Virus record (IMG/VR): IMGVR_UViG_3300020045_008999
Coordinates: 64,001-128,000 of that record
Length of the DNA: 64,000 bases
Direction: 5' to 3' (one strand)
Origin: a virus
Taxonomy: Duplodnaviria > Heunggongvirae > Uroviricota > Caudoviricetes
A program made the position numbers and the translations under genes. Positions 59,549 through 64,000 of this stretch are shown piece by piece. Under the pieces are notes generated by a model. It worked only from the letters and a program-made list of their open reading frames with translations. It was not told the origin of the DNA and ran no database searches. Every line of letters begins with the position of its first letter. The first letter of the stretch is position 1.

Positions 59549-61204
59549 TTGTATTCTAAAATATTAAATATGCCCAGTACCGGAATTTATTTACAATGCG
59601 AGTATAATCTTGCCACAATAGAATACGATAATTTATATTACAGCAAATCAAAAAATAATAGCAATGGGAATATGCTTGCCCTGCAAATCAACAAAGATGG
59701 GTTTATCTTAGGTGATTATGATGCTGCTAAAAATAAACTTTTCAACATAACTAGTCCGTACGACAAATCACTTATTAATGAAGTCGATAATGTAGTAACC
59801 CCATTAGTCATAAATATACAACAAAAGTTATCCCCCACATCATCAGAATATCACCTGATGTTGACTTCCAATAAAATAAGAAATTTAGCATTGGGCATCT
59901 GGAAAAAATCGTATGATCGAATGAAACTAAGAATGCCGAGCAACTATATTTATAAGCATAGGGACGAGGAATATATAACAGTACCTACTTTACACAAGCA
60001 TAAAACCGATCAAGAGTATTTAAGAATAGAAGTCGAAAAGATTCTAGATGATCCTTACTATGTGGTATCAGAATTTGATGTTATAGGAATTTTGCGCGAG
60101 GTAAAGCACCCACTTTTTTATAGCATACCACCGGCCACGTCAGCCGCTACTGTAGGGCATACATTTTCAGAAATTAAATCTTATTTAGCCGCATTAAAAA
60201 AGTGGTTCACTAATACGACAGAAGATATGCCAAAATGCCCCGGGTTCAAAAATAGTAAATCGTTATATAAAATTACATTTCAAGGTACGAGCCAATTAAA
60301 GGTGACTAAGAATATTACACTACCAAGTCTCAAAAAATTTAATTTGTCCGATATAGTACCCATTGTTATACCTTCCAAAGTTACCGGGGACATCAAGACA
60401 GTTAGCTTTGTCCCATGTAGAAAAGGGTTTATGATTAGTATTACTTATAATAATACCCACAAAGCATTAATGGCATATAAGGATGAAACTTGGATGGGTA
60501 TCGATCCGGGTGTTAGAAATGTACTGGCGATAGAAACCGCTAAAACTAGCAGGGTATTTGATGGATCGGCATTCTTATCCGAACAAAAACATTATCAAAA
60601 TAAAAAGGATAAAATGCAGTCTGTTTTAATGACCAACAAGGATAACGTGATAATGGTTGATGGTCTAGTTAGATGTAAAAAAGGTGCACTCAATACCAAA
60701 CGGTTCAGAGCTCTCAGTTTAAAGCATAATAATAAGGTTGACAATTTCGTACATAAAATAACGGCTGAGATTATCAATATTTGTAAAGCTGATGGAATTA
60801 CTAAGATTTTCTTCGGGCAAAATATCAATTGGAAAAAAGGTAAAAAAATGAGTAAAAAGAATCATGTTCAATTTACTGCTATTCCACATGCCAAGATACT
60901 TGAAAAATTAACATACAAGGCAAAATTGATCGGGGTTGAAGTAATTGGACAAGAAGAAAGTTACACTAGTAAATGTTCATTTCTCGACAACGAACCAATA
61001 CGTAAACATTCCTCATATAAAGGAAATCGTAAACTTGGTCTATTTAAAACTGCAAATGGTATAATAATAAACGCCGATAGTAATGCAGCCTTAAACATCG
61101 CAAAAAAATCATTAAATGCACTGGAAGCTAAAGGGCAGATTATTAACCCACTACCAATAAAATGGTCCGGATGTCATCCAAAAAAAGAAAAAATATTCAA
61201 ATAA
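59549..61204 (+). CDS. tnpB: TnpB/Cas12-like RuvC nuclease, CRISPR-adjacent
   Basis: WMGIDPG (RuvC-I), IFFGQNINWK then QEESYTSKCS (rearranged RuvC-II Glu clade), INADSNAALNI (RuvC-III); 551 aa, longer than typical TnpB; ATG also at 59570. Confidence 0.85.
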   Translation: MYSKILNMPSTGIYLQCEYNLATIEYDNLYYSKSKNNSNGNMLALQINKDGFILGDYDAAKNKLFNITSPYDKSLINEVDNVVTPLVINIQQKLSPTSSEYHLMLTSNKIRNLALGIWKKSYDRMKLRMPSNYIYKHRDEEYITVPTLHKHKTDQEYLRIEVEKILDDPYYVVSEFDVIGILREVKHPLFYSIPPATSAATVGHTFSEIKSYLAALKKWFTNTTEDMPKCPGFKNSKSLYKITFQGTSQLKVTKNITLPSLKKFNLSDIVPIVIPSKVTGDIKTVSFVPCRKGFMISITYNNTHKALMAYKDETWMGIDPGVRNVLAIETAKTSRVFDGSAFLSEQKHYQNKKDKMQSVLMTNKDNVIMVDGLVRCKKGALNTKRFRALSLKHNNKVDNFVHKITAEIINICKADGITKIFFGQNINWKKGKKMSKKNHVQFTAIPHAKILEKLTYKAKLIGVEVIGQEESYTSKCSFLDNEPIRKHSSYKGNRKLGLFKTANGIIINADSNAALNIAKKSLNALEAKGQIINPLPIKWSGCHPKKEKIFK

Positions 61205-61229
61205 TGTTGTGTGTGAATATATAAAGATA

Positions 61230-61237
61230 TATATTTG
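61230..61237 (+). promoter_or_regulatory. Bacteroidota-type -7 promoter box
   Basis: TATATTTG(CAC) between nuclease stop and CRISPR array. Confidence 0.6.
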
Positions 61238-61249
61238 CACCAGTAAAAT

Positions 61250-61360
61250 AATAGGTCGTGAGGCCTTAGCATAAGAAATGCATTGCTTGTAAAAGTATTC
61301 ATTGACAATGTAAGTGGCACGGTGTATGCCCAGAATAGAGTTAATATATTAACTTGAACA
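61250..61360 (+). ncRNA. candidate scaffold (omega/tracr-like) RNA or structured leader
   Basis: Consecutive hairpins incl. AGGTC-GTGA-GGCCT (GNRA loop), GGCA/TGCC, AGTTAA-TATA-TTAACT. Confidence 0.4.
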
Positions 61361-61482
61361 AAATACCAAATAAATTGAAATTGATAATCGGTTATTTCAC
61401 AACATAGATATGAGTTTTATTTCATTTTTTATAAAGAGAATTGAAGATAAACCTAGTGTTTGTAAAGCATTGCGAGGGATAG

Positions 61483-61915
61483 GTTGGGGATGACTACAAT
61501 TTGAAAGGTATATCCACCGGCAAATGGAATCAAAATGGGTTTCGGTAAGTTGGGGATGACTACAATTTGAAAGGTATATCCACCTACCGACGTCTTTAAG
61601 TTCAATTACGTTAGTTGGGAATGACCACAATTTGAAAGGTATATCCACCTCGTGTTGATTAATACAGTGTATTTATATTTGTTGGGGATGACCACAATTT
61701 GAAAGGTATATCCACCAAGAACTACTAGAAGAGATTAAAGATGGATGTTGGGGATGACTACAATTTGAAAGGTATAACCACCGTTAGAGTAGTTTAGGTC
61801 TTCTTTGCGATAGTTGGGGATGACCACAATTTGAAAGGTATATCCACCTTGTTTGATCTTGGAATTGTGATGTTTTTGTTGGGGATGATCACAATTGTAA
61901 AAGGCATGTTCCACC
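61483..61915 (+). CRISPR. CRISPR array, 7 repeats / 6 spacers
   Basis: 36-nt GTTGGGGATGAC(T/C)ACAATTTGAAAGGTATATCCACC at 61483, 61549, 61614, 61681, 61747, 61813 and degenerate 61878; spacers 30, 29, 31, 30, 30, 29 nt. Confidence 0.97.
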
Positions 61916-61951
61916 TTATCATAAACGGTACAATAATATTAAAAACCAATT

Positions 61952-62233
61952 ATGAATTACACTAGGCCGAATAATATTGATCATGAAGATACACCAGAAG
62001 ATATTCTTAATGGTGCATTGATTTTTTGTAGAACAATTAGTATTCTTCTTGAAGATAATACGGGAATTATTGTTGGGTTACATGGTGATATGCGAAGTCC
62101 AACAAATAAAAAAAATGCTACTAAAGTTGTTGTATTCAAAAGTCATAACATGATCCATATTGATGATATTTCGGATGAAGAAGAAGAAATATTATTAGAG
62201 GGTCAATTAATCGCAATACAAAAGGGTAATTAA
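61952..62233 (+). CDS. hypothetical protein
   Basis: 93-aa ORF directly after the array; no Cas2/Csx27/Csx28 features recognised. Confidence 0.65.
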   Translation: MNYTRPNNIDHEDTPEDILNGALIFCRTISILLEDNTGIIVGLHGDMRSPTNKKNATKVVVFKSHNMIHIDDISDEEEEILLEGQLIAIQKGN

Positions 62234-62251
62234 TTTTTGATAATTTTCCAT

Positions 62252-63052
62252 CTATTCCAACCCATCTTCAATTTCGGCGATTAGTTCATTAAATTTTCCA
62301 ACATTCAACGAAAGATCATCATTCCAAATCTCAAAATGTCGTTGATACCTCAAAATTATTTTAATATGTTTTAGATTATCAATAAATATTTTAGGTAACA
62401 TATGATCGTAACCGGAATATCCGCCGCCATATTCAATATCGACATCCCCTGAATACGTCGATATAATACTGTTTCTAAAATATTGAATATTGCCACCAAT
62501 TGTGGCAGCACAGCCTTTTAATGAAATAATTGAAGTGTTTCCACCAAAATTATAATCACCACCTACTGTTTTTGGACCACCTACTAAATTAGTTAGGCTA
62601 TTACCAGCACAGTTAAAAGAGCCGGTAACTGTCGATGGACTACCAATTAAATTCAATAGCTTATTCCCGGTACACGTAAATGTACCAGTGATCATATCTG
62701 GAACACCATCAAGTGCTGATATTGCATTCGCGGTTATTATATAATCTCCACCAACAATACTAGGACCACCTACCATCGAAGTTAGATTCCAACTATAAGA
62801 ACAAATGAAATGACCACCCACTGTGTGTGGAAATCCATCGAATGTATATATCCCCAATGAAATACAAGTGAAATCACCTGTGATTTTACCAAATCTTATT
62901 GGTAATTTATTGATTTCCGTATAGTTTTTTAAATTAACGTCACCGTTTACATCAATAGAGCCATCCGAATTTATTGAATAGTTTTGTATTTCATATTTTT
63001 TACAAACTTTATCAATTCTATCTTTTTCTTTTTTAGTGATTAAATTTTTCAT
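62252..63052 (-). CDS. LRR-like repeat family protein
   Basis: N-cap, repeats, C-cap. Confidence 0.9.
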   Translation of the reverse strand: MKNLITKKEKDRIDKVCKKYEIQNYSINSDGSIDVNGDVNLKNYTEINKLPIRFGKITGDFTCISLGIYTFDGFPHTVGGHFICSYSWNLTSMVGGPSIVGGDYIITANAISALDGVPDMITGTFTCTGNKLLNLIGSPSTVTGSFNCAGNSLTNLVGGPKTVGGDYNFGGNTSIISLKGCAATIGGNIQYFRNSIISTYSGDVDIEYGGGYSGYDHMLPKIFIDNLKHIKIILRYQRHFEIWNDDLSLNVGKFNELIAEIEDGLE

Positions 63053-63065
63053 ATACCTATATATT

Positions 63066-63710
63066 TTATTTTAATCCGTCTTTTATTTCTGTTATTAAGT
63101 CATTGAAATTATTTACATTCAATGTAAGATCCTCATTCCAGATTTCAAAGTGTCGCTGATATTTTAAAACTAGGGGTATGTGATCGTGATTATCGTCAAA
63201 TTGTAGTGGTAGATTATTTCCATGTAAGTAAACAGCTCCACCAATTTCTAGGTCAGCATAACCGGTATAAGTGGATGATAATTTATTTCTTTGGCATGAG
63301 AAATCTCCAACCACTACTGTGGGTGCACCCTCTAATGAAGTTATTTGATTAAAGTGGCAGTAGAAATCACCACCAACTGTAGTAGGTGCGCCCTCTAATG
63401 AAGTTAATATACTATACATACATGAAAAATCCCCACCAACGGTAACCGGAGCACCCTCTAATGTAGATAGTTGATTATTATAGCACTGAAAATTACCACC
63501 TACCGATGATGGACCTCCTACTAATGAAGACAAATCATTATTAGAACAATAAAAATCGCCACTTACTTTTCCAAATCGTAATGGTAATGTAGTTAGCAAT
63601 CCTTTGGAAAATTTAACATTACCATCCACATCAATAGAACCATCTGAGTTAATGGTATAATTTTTAATTTTATATTCGGTACAAATTGAATCGATATGGT
63701 CCTTTTCCAC
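63066..63710 (-). CDS. LRR-like repeat family protein (GTG start)
   Basis: Repeats and C-cap intact; in-frame ATG 63737 is separated by a TAA at 63720-63722. Confidence 0.85.
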   Translation of the reverse strand: MEKDHIDSICTEYKIKNYTINSDGSIDVDGNVKFSKGLLTTLPLRFGKVSGDFYCSNNDLSSLVGGPSSVGGNFQCYNNQLSTLEGAPVTVGGDFSCMYSILTSLEGAPTTVGGDFYCHFNQITSLEGAPTVVVGDFSCQRNKLSSTYTGYADLEIGGAVYLHGNNLPLQFDDNHDHIPLVLKYQRHFEIWNEDLTLNVNNFNDLITEIKDGLK

Positions 63711-63778
63711 TTTTATTGATTAAATTATAGGTTTCATATTCATATTTATTAAATATAAATTAAATTTCGCGTCATATA

Positions 63779-64000
63779 CTATTTCAATCCTTCGTCAATA
63801 TCATCTATTAACATCTGAAAGTTTTCCTCGTTCAAGGTTAAATCATCATCCCATATAAAGAAGTGTCGCTGGTACTTTAAGATCAATTTAATGCGATTGT
63901 CATAAAATGGGTCGTGATATAGATTATTAACATAAAGGTAAATACTCCCACCAATTTCAATATCAATATCACCGGAATAAGTAGAAGTTAAATTATTACT
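63779..64000 (-). CDS. LRR-like repeat family protein, 3' part (runs off window)
   Basis: ..LILKYQRHFFIWDDDLTLNEENFQMLIDDIDEGLK-stop read from the minus strand. Confidence 0.85.
   Translation of the reverse strand, partial: SNNLTSTYSGDIDIEIGGSIYLYVNNLYHDPFYDNRIKLILKYQRHFFIWDDDLTLNEENFQMLIDDIDEGLK

Noticed and set aside
9146-60828. Many 60-146 aa ORFs antisense to LRR and other genes (e.g. 9146, 12621, 16593, 28376, 54553, 56185, 60595)
   Set aside because: Shadow frames fully overlapping well-supported genes, with no independent motifs or promoters.
61390-61403. GGTTATTTCACAAC resembling the 3' end of a Cas13b-type repeat
   Set aside because: No matching 5' half and wrong spacing from repeat 1; likely chance in AT-rich DNA.
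59436-61482. Intact IS200/IS605 or IS607 transposon
   Set aside because: No Y1 or serine transposase nearby and no clear subterminal end hairpin pair identified; the downstream side is occupied by the array.
61397-61648. 83-aa minus-strand ORF with internal repeats
   Set aside because: Translation of CRISPR repeats and spacers.
61519-61877. Self-targets for spacers 1, 2, 3, 5 and 6
   Set aside because: No convincing match noticed in the window by eye; a computational search is needed.
1357-64000. Diversity-generating retroelement as source of LRR variation
   Set aside because: No reverse transcriptase ORF in the window and no template/variable repeat pair differing only at adenines was seen; cannot be excluded for the rest of the genome.
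1357-64000. Eukaryotic giant virus origin (LRR/FNIP expansions are common there)
   Set aside because: Repeats are not FNIP-type, and Bacteroidota promoter boxes, intrinsic terminators, bacterial-type tRNAs and a CRISPR array point to a bacteriophage.

Overview
AT-rich, gene-dense accessory region of a large (jumbo-type) tailed phage, very probably infecting Bacteroidota. The host call rests on TAnnTTTG -7 promoter boxes upstream of many genes and a type VI-B-like CRISPR repeat; no core structural or replication genes lie in this window, so the phage call is inferred. The window is dominated by about 30 paralogs (28 complete, 1 cut by the window end, 1 pseudogene) of a 22-aa leucine-rich-repeat-like family with conserved N- and C-terminal caps, interleaved with several smaller paralog families that share an R-x-x-x-I-x-x-(I/L)-(L/I) terminal motif. 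Most interesting: (1) a 551-aa TnpB/Cas12-like RuvC protein beside a 7-repeat CRISPR array with Cas13b-like 36-nt repeats and no cas1/cas2, one spacer of which encodes the conserved C-terminal cap of the LRR family; (2) a Ser/Arg-rich leader peptide with antiterminator and terminator directly upstream of tRNA-Ser(UGA), tRNA-Arg(ACG) and tRNA-Ser(GCU), i.e. a candidate tRNA-sensing attenuator of phage tRNA supply; (3) integron-cassette-like (attC-like) sites flanking small genes; (4) a candidate ~370-nt structured ncRNA. Recognisable enzymes: Dam-type methylase, Pth2, CX5R phosphatase, ATP-grasp protein, kinase-like protein, M23 peptidase, MmcB-like nuclease, tyrosine recombinase, NUMOD4/HNH and two ParB-like proteins. 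All family assignments are from motif reading by eye; no searches were run.
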